Part shown: one piece after another, positions 38,756 through 54,158 of the stretch | Layout of the letters: each line of letters starts with the position of its first letter | Position numbering within the stretch: position 1 is the stretch's first letter | Assembly (NCBI RefSeq): GCF_003704095.1 | Contig: NW_020843442.1 | Location: 1 to 64,000 of the forward strand | Length of the DNA stretch: 64,000 bases | From: Pocillopora damicornis | Taxonomy: Eukaryota | Direction of reading: 5' to 3' | The notes under the pieces: generated by a model | Told to the model about the DNA's origin: nothing | Database searches by the model: none | What the model saw: the letters and a program-made list of their open reading frames with translations, nothing else | Translations under genes and position numbers: made by a program

Positions 38756-40639
38756 GTAAGCGCGGTTCGCACGACACTGAATTTTATTACCTTCCCCACT
38801 GTACCAAAAAAATTACAGATGTAATCTACTGTTACTAATAAACCTTTCGTTATTTTCGAATTATCTTTTTCGCTTGATTAAACGCTGCGGCGTTTTGAGC
38901 TTTTTTTCTTTATTTTGCGACTAAGTGCGGCGCATATTTGGGAGTGGTTATCTTTCAGGTGGCGCTTATTTTAAAGTCCTCAAAATTTAAAAGCAAAAAA
39001 TCGTGGCCGTGGAAGAGACCCTTTTTTTTCGGAATAGCGCAGGCTTGCGCTTTGCACTATCAATCAATCAAACTTTATTTAAAGAGGGTGANNNNNNNNN
39101 NNNNNNNNNNNNNNNNNNNNNNNNNNNNNNNNNNNNNNNNNNNNNNNNNNNNNNNNNNNNNNNNNNNNNNNNNNNNNNNNNNNNNNNNNNNTAACTTTAA
39201 AAGAGAATTGTCCAAGTTTATTATCTTTTGAAGACTTATGTATTGCTCCAATCAGGAAGTTCTGGAAAATGTTTCTTCCAAGACGTTATTGCAGAGGGTT
39301 CAGTATCAAGTCTTTTAATAAACTGTTTATAATAATTTTCAACAAAATTTAGTTGAAACTATTGTTCTTCCAACTGAAAGAATCCCAACGGTGCACCAAG
39401 TAGATCAGGGACAGGAGAATCAAGAGCCTTTCTTTTCCAGTCTAAAGGAATGGCAACAATTAATTGAAAATAATGCAAACAATTGACATTAATCCAGACT
39501 CAATTGAACACACTTTTATACATTGTCAAGAATCAACTGATTTCTTTACGTAAACTTTAGGAAGGTTTCATGATTTTCACAAGACTAAGATAAAACTCTC
39601 AAATAGACAAATTGTATTCAATACATTTGAAGACTCCTCTCCTCTATGTCTTCTGATTTTATTGCAAAAGAAATATTTGTATACCTGCAAAAGCAGAACA
39701 GGGAAACCAAATTTAGATGAATTTGTGAGAAAGTTATTAGAACAGTTCCGTATTGAAAATGGCAGCAATTCTTATTTTAAATGTATGTGGCAACTGACAG
39801 ATTTTTACTTCAACACAGGCATTTTCCTTTTTTCTTCTTTTTGTGTGAACTATGTCTAATGATTATAAAATACATTTAGTCACTTTGTTATTTTTTACTG
39901 ATTGTTGTAAATTAACATTTACATTTTATTTCGTTTTGTCTCCAATAAAGTTTTGTTTATTTAAAAAAAAAATAAAAATAAATCATATCACCATGAAAAG
40001 TGGCAACATTTTTATCCAGGCTTAACTTATTTCAAAATTCAATTCATTAACTCTTTATCGGCTAGGAGTGATTGCCTTCTAATGTCTCATTACAGTATCA
40101 CCATCAAATGTGAAGATCACCAGAATAACAGATTTAACAAGCTACTAATTGTCAAATTTGTTCTCCTAGTTAGTATCATTGGAAATGTATTGAGAACAAT
40201 AAGGAGAATATTACACCAATGTTGGAGTATAAACTAGGGGTTAATTCAATATTGTGGGGATGGCTCGGTTGAGTGATGAGCATGTTGGACTCCCAATCAG
40301 AAGAACAGTTAAGAATGATAACTTCTGGTCAGCAACACTGGCAAACCACATGTTATAGTATAAAGAATAGTAGTAAGTTCTTTACAACCCACAAACAAAA
40401 CATTTGTTCAATAAAAAAAAAAAAATGATGATTGACCTGGATATTATAAATGACAGTGTTCCCCTAGATCATTGGAAGCAGACATTTTTCCCAGCAATGC
40501 CTTTCTGAAGCAGCAGCTATTTTAGTTAGACAAAGCAGTAAAACACCAATCTTTGTCTAAATTAAATTTCAACCTTGGCTGGCTACTAAAAAACCTCTGA
40601 ATAAACCTGAGGTGACAAGTATCATAATTGTATTTCTAC

Positions 40640-45372
<4,733 letters not shown>

Positions 45373-45419
45373 GCTGTACTTCAAGAAATCAAAGATCAAA
45401 GAAATCACAACTCTAAATC

Positions 45420-45495
45420 CACGTGCAGGAGATGGACATTGTGCGCATGCGCATTCTTTGGCGCGCTCGGCGTCATTTTAATATTTTTAGCGCGC
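45420..45495 (-). promoter_or_regulatory. GART proximal promoter motif cluster: E-box CACGTG (45420-45425), NRF1 TGCGCATGCGCA (45442-45453), E2F-type TTTGGCGCGC (45457-45466)
   Basis: Consensus motifs within about 100 bp upstream of the GART ATG (45372). Confidence 0.6.
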
Positions 45496-45691
45496 TTCTA
45501 CTTTTTGTGGTATTTTTGGAGAGGGATGAAAGAGTATGACAAGTTTACCAACAATCCTAACTCTGTGGATACACGTGGTGTTTTCAAGCTCTTCGGATGT
45601 TTTAATGATCAAAGTGCGAACGAAATGCGAAAAAAGCCCGAAAACTTTAAGTTTGAGATTGGATTTACTATGGTAATTAAATTATTACATT

Positions 45692-46118
45692 ACCGACTGA
45701 AAAAAATTAGGCCGTTAGTTACTGGCGTAAAATCGTACAGTATAAATGTTGTGGTTCAATTATATCCTTGGTGCAAATTTTAATTTCTTTTGTTTCAAAC
45801 TCATTATCCTTCATTACAACACCCAAAAACAAAGGAAAATGAAATTTAAACCAAGGATAAAATTGAACCACAACATACACAATACCGACTGGAAGAAATT
45901 ACGCTGTTAATTACTAGCGTAAAATCTTACTGTATACACAATACGAACTGAAAGAATTTACGCCGTTAGTTACTGGCGTAAAATCTGACAGTATATATGT
46001 TACTGACTCAAAGAAATTACACCGTTAGTTACTGGCGTAAAATCGTACAGTATATATATTTCCGACTGAAAGAAATTAAGCCGTTACTTACTGGAGTAAA
46101 ATCTTGCGGTTTATATAG
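45692..46118. repeat. About 59-bp tandem repeat (5 units), interrupted by a MITE
   Basis: Unit ACCGACTGAAAGAAATTACGCCGTTAGTTACTGGCGTAAAATCGTACAGTATA.. recurs at about 45692, 45883, 45942, 46001 and 46061. Confidence 0.85.
45747..45875. mobile_element. MITE with about 25-bp terminal inverted repeats
   Basis: TGTTGTGGTTCAATTATATCCTTGG ... CCAAGGATAAAATTGAACCACAACA, inserted at a TA-rich position of the tandem unit. Confidence 0.8.
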
Positions 46119-46399
46119 AGGGTCTCCGATAGGTTTTTTGAGGTCCGGGATTGCACTCGTTTAAAGTCCAGGATCCGGGCATTTACAGTAAGAAGGGAAC
46201 GAGATGCGGGATTGCTATTATTAACAGGACACGGGAATCAGCAATTTTGAGAAGCAGGATTCGGGAAATAATCTCTTTAACGAACCGAGAACCGGGATGT
46301 CCGCTGACGAGAATTTATGAAGAAATTGATCTTCTCAGTCATGAAAAGCACTAGGCATACAGGCTCTCTAGCAGTCAAGAGGCGAAGGGCTTCTCAGCG

Positions 46400-47090
46400 A
46401 CTCTCTTCAGTTAATGCGCGGGAATGAAAATTATATCAGAAGCGAAGTTGCCAATTTGTCAAAAATCCTCAATGGCCCACAGGGAAACGTGGTCTAAGAC
46501 TGCTGCGTCAAGTGAAATGCTTAACGGCGTTGAAAAACCTCCTGCAAGTCTTAGAATTATACCGATATGCTGCTCTTAACCTGTCGAGTTACATGACTTT
46601 AAATGTGAAGAATATTCACTCGGTTGTACATCACAAAGATAAACTTTTCACAGTGTTAGACTTCCCAAGGAACTTTGGAAATATAGCCTAAGAAGGCTTA
46701 ATGAGGAAAACCCATTGGGCGGCGTTCTATTTAACAAATCCAAATTCTTGGTATCCTGTACCCCAACGTGCCAGGATCCTGTCGGCCATACCAGCAATTC
46801 AACCGTTACTACCTGACAGGAAACAACGATGGCAAGAGCTCGAACTTCCCGTCGTACTTCTATCAGAGAGAAATTCAGCCGGTCGAACCCGGTAAGCTTC
46901 GAACAGTCTGACTTCGAGGAGCAGGAAGAAAACAGCGGTAAACAAAACGAAGAGGAAGGTGAAATATTGGAGTACGATTCCCCGGGTGATGATGACATTC
47001 CATCTTTGGAACGAGAGACTGATTTTACCTCGGAAGAGGTTCTTGCTTCGGGAGAAGTATTCGCTGTAACAGCAGAATTGTGTTCAGTAA
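46400..47090 (+). pseudogene. Decayed intronless coding remnant, probably transposon-derived
   Basis: Protein-like segments run across stops and frameshifts: LNGPQGNV / MTLNVKNIHSVVHHKDKLFTVLDFPRNFGNIA*EGLMRKTHWAAFYLTNPNSWYPVP / QETTMARA..acidic tract. Family not established. Confidence 0.45.
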
Positions 47091-47546
47091 TTATTTCTTT
47101 ATCTCCGTTGGTATGGAACCATGGGATTGCCGTGACCTTTGTGTTTTATGCACTTGTTGAAATTGTTATTCGTTTCTTTGATACTGACCTGCCTGTACGT
47201 TTGTCCGTGATCGAAGTTTAATGAAAGGAAGTCAATACCGTGACTAGCGTACGTTATTCGTGCAAAACTTTGAAAACTTCTAAAATGAACAATGTCATCA
47301 TTTTGGTGAAAAGAGATAAACTCACGCCTTGCGGTGACCATAGACTTCAACGGATCAATGCTGGTTAAGGAAATCGTCACCCACCGGAAAGGCCCTTCTA
47401 AGTTTAGGAAATAGGCCAAGACAAAATCATACCGCTGACAATAGGCCAAAGTGATCCTGGGCTCGAGATTGATGGCCTTCGTCATGTTTAGCTACCAAGC
47501 CTTTCAACCGAATACAGGTAAGCTGGGGAGTACTTCGTGTAGAGTC

Positions 47547-47589
47547 GTTGCCGTGGAAACAACCCGGCTGCAATCAAAAGTCACGTGAC
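47547..47589 (+). promoter_or_regulatory. RFX X-box GTTGCCGTGGAAAC (47547-47560) and palindromic E-box GTCACGTGAC (47580-47589) upstream of ARL13B
   Basis: Near-consensus X-box about 150 bp upstream of the ATG of a ciliary gene. Confidence 0.65.
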
Positions 47590-47709
47590 GAGCTATTAGC
47601 AAAAGGAATATAAAATCGAAATGAGTTTAAAGTGGTCAATGTCGGGTCATGTTTCAGGTGCAGTTCCGTGAAATTTTGGTGAATTTTCAACTCAGATACG
47701 TCATCAGTG

Positions 47710-50700
47710 ATGATTAGTCTTATGGCAAACTGTTTTACTTGGGTGAAGAGGAGAAGGGAACCTTCAAAGTACGTTTTAACAGAGTTTGATTTACGTTGTG
47801 ACAAAAAATAGTGTTGATGTCGAAATATTGTGGTCGAAAATGTGATTTCAAGTGATCAAACCTTAGATGCATCTTTCTGTTCTTTCTTCAGGAAAGTTAC
47901 CCTTCTTATGGTGGGTTTAGATAACGCAGGGAAAACGTCTACTGTAGCTGATCTGACGGGAGGTAGGAAAGTAAAATTACATTTAATTTTATAATCTATT
48001 CTTGGCGGTAGTTCCTCGTACCATATGAGTTTGTAGTTACTAAAATCAGCTGCCACTTCCTGATGACATCCGAGTACATTCATAAACGTTATGAGAGGAA
48101 AATATTGGTTTGTGGCCAACCATAGTAGAGGCACGGTTAGTAAGGGTTATTGAAAGATACTTTTTCGTGGTGATGGAAGTTTCTAGTCCAATCCGTGAGC
48201 CATTTTGACGAGGTTTTCTCTCTAGTTATTATCTGAATTGGGCCGATCGGCACCCAGCATACACGAGCACCCTCTTGGGGAGCTTTTAATAAATTTATAC
48301 TTATGTCATAATTTTGTTTTTTATAGTCACAGTCTAAATCAAAATAGGAAAATGGGACATTTTTATAATGTTTAAGTTGGGGTTTCTGTGAGGAAACTAA
48401 AAATTTTCTGCTTTTCTAAATGAATCTTTACAGACTGAACAAATTTCAGAGTTAAAGAGAGCTAACTGCAAGAATTTTGTCTAGCTGCCTAATATGTTAA
48501 AATGTTGGGGAGGCTCCAAATCTTGAATTCTCTGTCTCCTTGATAAGATAAGCAGAATCCTGCCTGCTTTCTATTAGGTTCTTACTTTAAATCAATTGGA
48601 GAACAGACTCATAGCTAAGGTCACCATGAACAAAGTTTTCCATTTTTATCATAGAGACAAATAGATTCTATCCCACTGTGGGTTTGTACCATGATACATT
48701 ATTGAAGATGTCAAAATGTGGTGAAGACATCAGTAACACGCTGTTTTGTTGTCACCACACTTTGACATCATCTGTAACCTATTACTGAACACATGCATGG
48801 CAACTTGAAATTTTTAGGTTAAAGGTTCAGTACTAATAGATTCCATTTGAGGCCTAGAAATTAGCACTTGTGTGAAATGAATATTATTTTCTGTATTAAT
48901 TATCCAAGATGTACATGCTTTCATAGAGGAAAAATCATAACTGCACTGGTCTACAGTGATGTAATTGTTGCTGGATTTGATATTTATTTGATTCACAAAT
49001 AATGTTTACTTGTGTTGTATTCTCTTTGCAGAGTCAACAGAGGGAATTACCCCAACAGTTGGCTTTTTGAACTCATCATTTTCATTGTATAGATTCAGTG
49101 TGACAGTATTTGATGTAGGAGGTGGTGCTAAGATTCGTTCAATTTGGAAAAATTATTATGCTGAGGTCAGAATCTACAAGTGTACATTATCAGTTAATGA
49201 ATTTTTCTTGCTGTTGAAATTTTTTGTGTGATTGAATTTTAAAATCTATAGAGTTTATTACATTAAAATCTTTTTAAAGTCTTTTATGGATTGATTAATT
49301 TCTTTTTCATTTTTGTTTTGTAGTCATATGGAATAGTATTTGTGATAGATGCCAGTGACACAACTAGGCTAGAGGAAAGCAAGAAAGCTCTTTATGAAAC
49401 AGAGATGCAACCCCGTGTAGCAGGAAAACCTTTACTCGTGTAAGAAGACACTCCAAATTATGCTTATGAATATTTAACAACCTGTCACACATGTATGGTT
49501 TTTTCTGTTTTCAAGACTGCAACACATATTATTACTTCTCCCCTGAATGGTATGACCAGTCCTGTTAACATCCCCTCCCCCCTTCCCCCTTTCCTCCTGC
49601 CCCCCACCCCCTTCTCTAGCAGTTTGTCAAGTTTAAAAGTTTTCTATGACCCATATACAGATGCCCCAGGGTCTAGAATCTGAAGCATGGACAGTTACTA
49701 GCTCTCTTACTCAAGAACACGACACAGAGTCCCTTACTAGAGCTAGATCATAAACCTTTCTTTTTTTGTCACAAGCACTTTTGGACAATTTTACATTGTA
49801 ATACATTCTTAAGTTAACATTCTTTATATTTCTGTGACAATGTAATGGCTAAGAAAATCAATTTAGCCTTTTTTTTACACAAATTGTTAACTCATCTTAA
49901 ATTTTCTCTGTATAAAGACTTGGAAATAAACAGGATAAGGAGGGAGCTCTGAATGAAAATGAACTACACAGGCAGCTTGAGCTAGACACACTTGCTGAAA
50001 AATACAGTTGTCCATGTAAAGTGGTAAGTTGTTACATTCAGGTTATTTCTGATTGTGACTTTTTGCCAGCATTATTTGAAATCATTTTTTTTAAAGATGT
50101 TTTAATCAGATCATTTCTTATCTTCCACCAGTTTTGTTGTTCAGCAGTACTTGGTAGAGGAAATAAAATAGATAGACAAATTAAAAAAGGTGAGTTGAAA
50201 ACCATTTGTTAACATGTTTATGTGGAAAATTTTTATAGAAACTGTCAAACTCGTAAACCTCTTTTTATAACTTGGTGAGTAATTCAGTACTTCTTCCCTC
50301 AAATGTTTTGCATTCTTAAGGATGATATAAAGAATAAAAATTGGCAGCCCTGAATAGAAAGAAAGGATGCTTGGGAAATCTAAAAAGATCACTTGCGTCT
50401 AATTGTTCTTGTTTATATGATATCTATAGGCTTCCGATGGCTCCTTGCTGAAATATCCAATGATCATGTCAATCTGTCGAGAAGAGTGGAGAAAGACATG
50501 GCTGAACAGGTGATTATAACCATCTCAGTCATAGAATTTATTTTTTCAGCAGGCATCTGGCAGGGCGGTATGGCTATTTCTTGCCTGGTCATGCCATTCT
50601 AGAGGGCGAGGGAGAGGGGTGGGGGGCATTTTTGTCTGTTGTCTACAATAAAAGCTCATATAGGGAGGTTTGGATCATTTGAGAATTACTGTTGAGAATT

Positions 50701-52788
50701 ATCTGTAGTGTGGATGACTTGATGGCTCTGCCGGAGAAAAACATTCTGAGAGCTAAGCTGAAAAGGAAGAAAGGTTTGAGTGGGGTACAGCTCTTTCAAA
50801 CCTCAGTACCTTAACCTTTTTGCTCTGTCACTACACTCTTTTGTTATGTTTAGAAACTGATTGCCTGAAACTTGCTAATCTGTGGCTAACTTATTAGTTA
50901 ACGTCTAGTTTCTAGCAATTATTATCTAAAATAATGACTGAATCATTTCCTTGTTAATTGCAGAAAAAGGCACAGGATGAAGAAAGAGAGCGCAAAAGAG
51001 AAAGAGTCAGATTAGCAAGGGAGGCAAGGTTGGTGGTAGAGGACTTATGCGTGCGAGACATTAACTTTGCCATCTTTTTTCATTAGATTTTGTTATTCTT
51101 GTGATATTAAATTTGTTTTTAACTATTACCTTAGGGAGAAAGCTGAAAGAGAAGCTGCAGAAAGAGAGAAACAGCAGGTGGAGGAGTCAGACGATGGTGT
51201 TGTTGTTAGCAAGGTGAGATACTTAGAAAGCAGTTCTTTACCATCATAGGTACTTAAGCCCCTATTTTTAGTCATCAACAAAAGAGGCCTCGTGTGACAA
51301 GGAGTAAATAAGTTATATATTGTTCTGATGAAGGTAGGTTTAGAATTTAATACTGGTCAAGATTGTTAGTGGGTAAATGATCTGTGCTATTACAGATTGA
51401 TGCATAATTATATGTCATTTCATTAAGCAAAATTAAGACCAGATTGGGTGTGGTATTTCATCCAAGCATTTGAACTAAACTCTTTTGGTCTGAAATCAGG
51501 ACAAAAAGAAGAAAGACAGAGATACACCAGAACCTCAAACCTCATCCAAGAAAAAGAAAAAGGGGAAAGAAAATAATCATGAGCCTGATGCAACAGAGAA
51601 AGGGAAGAAAAGTAAGAAGAAAAAGAAAACAAAACAGGATGAGGACATGGTGGATGGACAAGATACTAGAAATGTATGTTCATGATGGAAGCATGTGTTT
51701 TTGTTGTAACTGTGAGAGTATCTATAGGGTTCAAGTACTGAGGGGAACTTGGAAGGAATGTGCACATGTAACTTTTCAGTTGTGTCTTTTTTTTCCAAAC
51801 AGATAGAAGACCAAACCCTCAGTAATCCTAGTCCACTAGAAGAGCACTTAATTGAAGATAGGTCCAAAACTCACGATGAAACAATAGAGCATTTACAACA
51901 AGGAGGTTGGGGTGAAATGAGAGAAAGTTTGCCTGTACATGAAAATACTACACCAGAGGATAGTGAAGTGAAAACAAAAAAGAAGAAAAAGAAAAAGAAA
52001 AAATTAAATAAAACAGCTCCAATGGAAGGAGAGGAAACAGAACTTCCACCACTCAATGCTTGGGGAACTCCATCGAGTACATTAAATGGATTTCCAGGAA
52101 GTAGTGGAGTATCTCCGAGAAGACTAGAGCCATTGGGGCTACCTCGTACATCAGGTACTGTGAAAGAGACCCTTGTGACGTAAATGACTCACAGATTGCC
52201 ACGTGAATATCTTAATTAGTAAAGAAAACTGGGCAATAGGCTGACACAGACACCGCTTTCTTGGCATAACACTGTAATTGTTTTGTTCTTATTCAGTCTG
52301 TGGGCTTCTTCTTGTGTCAGTCTATATTTAATGATAATTCAGATAGTAGTCTTGAGTTAAGATAAACATGTTGAGTTTTTATTGAAGCAAAAAGGCTAAA
52401 ATTTACTCAAACTATACCTTGTCATGAAATAACTCTACCTTAATTTTTTATTTCTTTCATGTGTTGTATTTTCTCAGGAAACAAAGCCATACCTTCATTA
52501 TCAATCCCAGAAGGCGATGAGGTAAATTTTGCAAAGATTCACATTCATAACTTCAATTATTGAAATTCTTAAATAGCAAAGAACTTTTCTTCCCATGAGA
52601 GGCATTTATATTGAGTACTGCTTCTGAACAAGCTCTTTAAATTGAACATGTTATTCCAATGTGTCTATAATTATACAATGACAATGACTTATTTCTTCAC
52701 ACAGGAACCAAACAGTCTTCCTCCTATTCGAGGATCATCGTGGACAAGAAGCAGACCAAACAGTGAAGATTGTGATGTGGTCACATAG
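47710..52788 (+). CDS. ARL13B: ADP-ribosylation factor-like 13B (ciliary GTPase), about 13 exons: 47710-47768, 47892-47962, 49032-49165, 49324-49439, 49918-50023, 50132-50189, 50430-50508, 50964-51028, 51135-51213, ~51499-51661, ~51803-52154, ~52478-52521, ~52706-52788
   Basis: [72 protein letters not shown], a coiled coil, and a Pro-rich tail with RLEPL (RVxP-like). The 3' exons are less certain. Confidence 0.92.
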
Positions 52789-53641
52789 AATATTACAATT
52801 CTATTTTTCTCGGTCACATTTAAATCAACACTTATCTTGATCATTTACAATGCCACTCAGTCAAATTAAACTTGAAAGCCTTCAGGTTGTTGCTTGAACT
52901 TTTCTCCACTGTCTTAGAAAGATTTTCCTCTCAGGGAGGAAAATCTTTAAATTTGTGGGAAAACCTTGTAATTTGACTCCTGATGGCAATTGGGTCAAAA
53001 ATGGGTCACAAAGGTCCAAAATTCTCTGATTTAGCTGAGCTGCATCTAAAAACATGTCACATATTTGGTGAAAATTTTATTTTTCCTGTAAATACACATT
53101 TCTTGCCTGTTTTTATAGAGAAAAACACCGCATCATATTTAAGGAAATATTGCTAAGCAATATTTAAGCATTTCCACCTCAGTTATAATAAGACTATACA
53201 CAATTCATGTATCCTCATTGTATCTCCATAGCATTGAGATAATTTTGTAAATACCAAAGAAATCCTCTATTAAAGTGAATTATCTTTACATTTTGTGTTA
53301 TGTGGTCAACTCCCCTTTCCTTGTTATTCTGTTTTTCATGAGAGTAAGGCTCTTTTAGGTTAGAAAAATAAATGTGGATTCACCTCAACCTTTTAACCCC
53401 AGCCTATGTGTAGTGGCTAATTTCTCTTTGCATTGTCACTGTTGAATTGAGCATTAAGATCACAAATATATACAAAAAATATATGAATTGAGCTAGGGAA
53501 AAAACAAAGAGACAACACTTTATCATGACAAGCCTGTTTCGTGATTAGATCATTCTTCGGAAGCTACTTCTATATATTGAGCACTGTAATACGGAAAAAC
53601 GGAAACATAGACTTCTTTATAAAAAATAAAAAATAAAAAAA

Positions 53642-53645
53642 TATG

Positions 53646-53702
<57 letters not shown>
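53642..53702. repeat. (TA)n microsatellite
   Basis: Read directly. Confidence 0.95.
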
Positions 53703-53705
<3 letters not shown>

Positions 53706-54158
53706 CATAAGTATTTATATCATCAACTCAAGGAGCTTCTGACTGATAAGGAAATTTTCCTTGTCAGTACCATACGAAATTTATGGTGAACCGTATGGAG
53801 AATATGCACATTGTTATTGTGTAAAGGATTTAAAGACCAAGAAATATCAGGGATTTTATTGTCATCCGCAAATTTGTAAGTCCCTTTCTTACGTAGCCTG
53901 TTATCTTTTTTCACTGTCGTCTCCGAGCCTAGGTTTCGCGGGTGGTAAAAGTTTTCTGGCCACCATTCATTTTGGAGATACAGGGCTCCATTTAATGGAA
54001 TGTGCCGATTGATAACTACGGACACGTTCACGGTATCATACATAACGTAATCGTAACAAGTCTCGCTCTCGCTCCCACTCCCGCTGAGATTTGAAGTTTG
54101 TTTGGTTTGCTGGGCAAAAGGATCTTTTCGAAGCTGTTATTCTAACGTTTAAGCCATA

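Noticed and set aside
45692-46118. CRISPR-like array of palindromic repeats
   Set aside because: The units are contiguous and homologous throughout with no unique spacers; the context is eukaryotic and no cas genes are present.
47099-47485. 128-aa minus-strand ORF upstream of ARL13B
   Set aside because: No recognisable domain or splice support, and it overlaps the decayed element.
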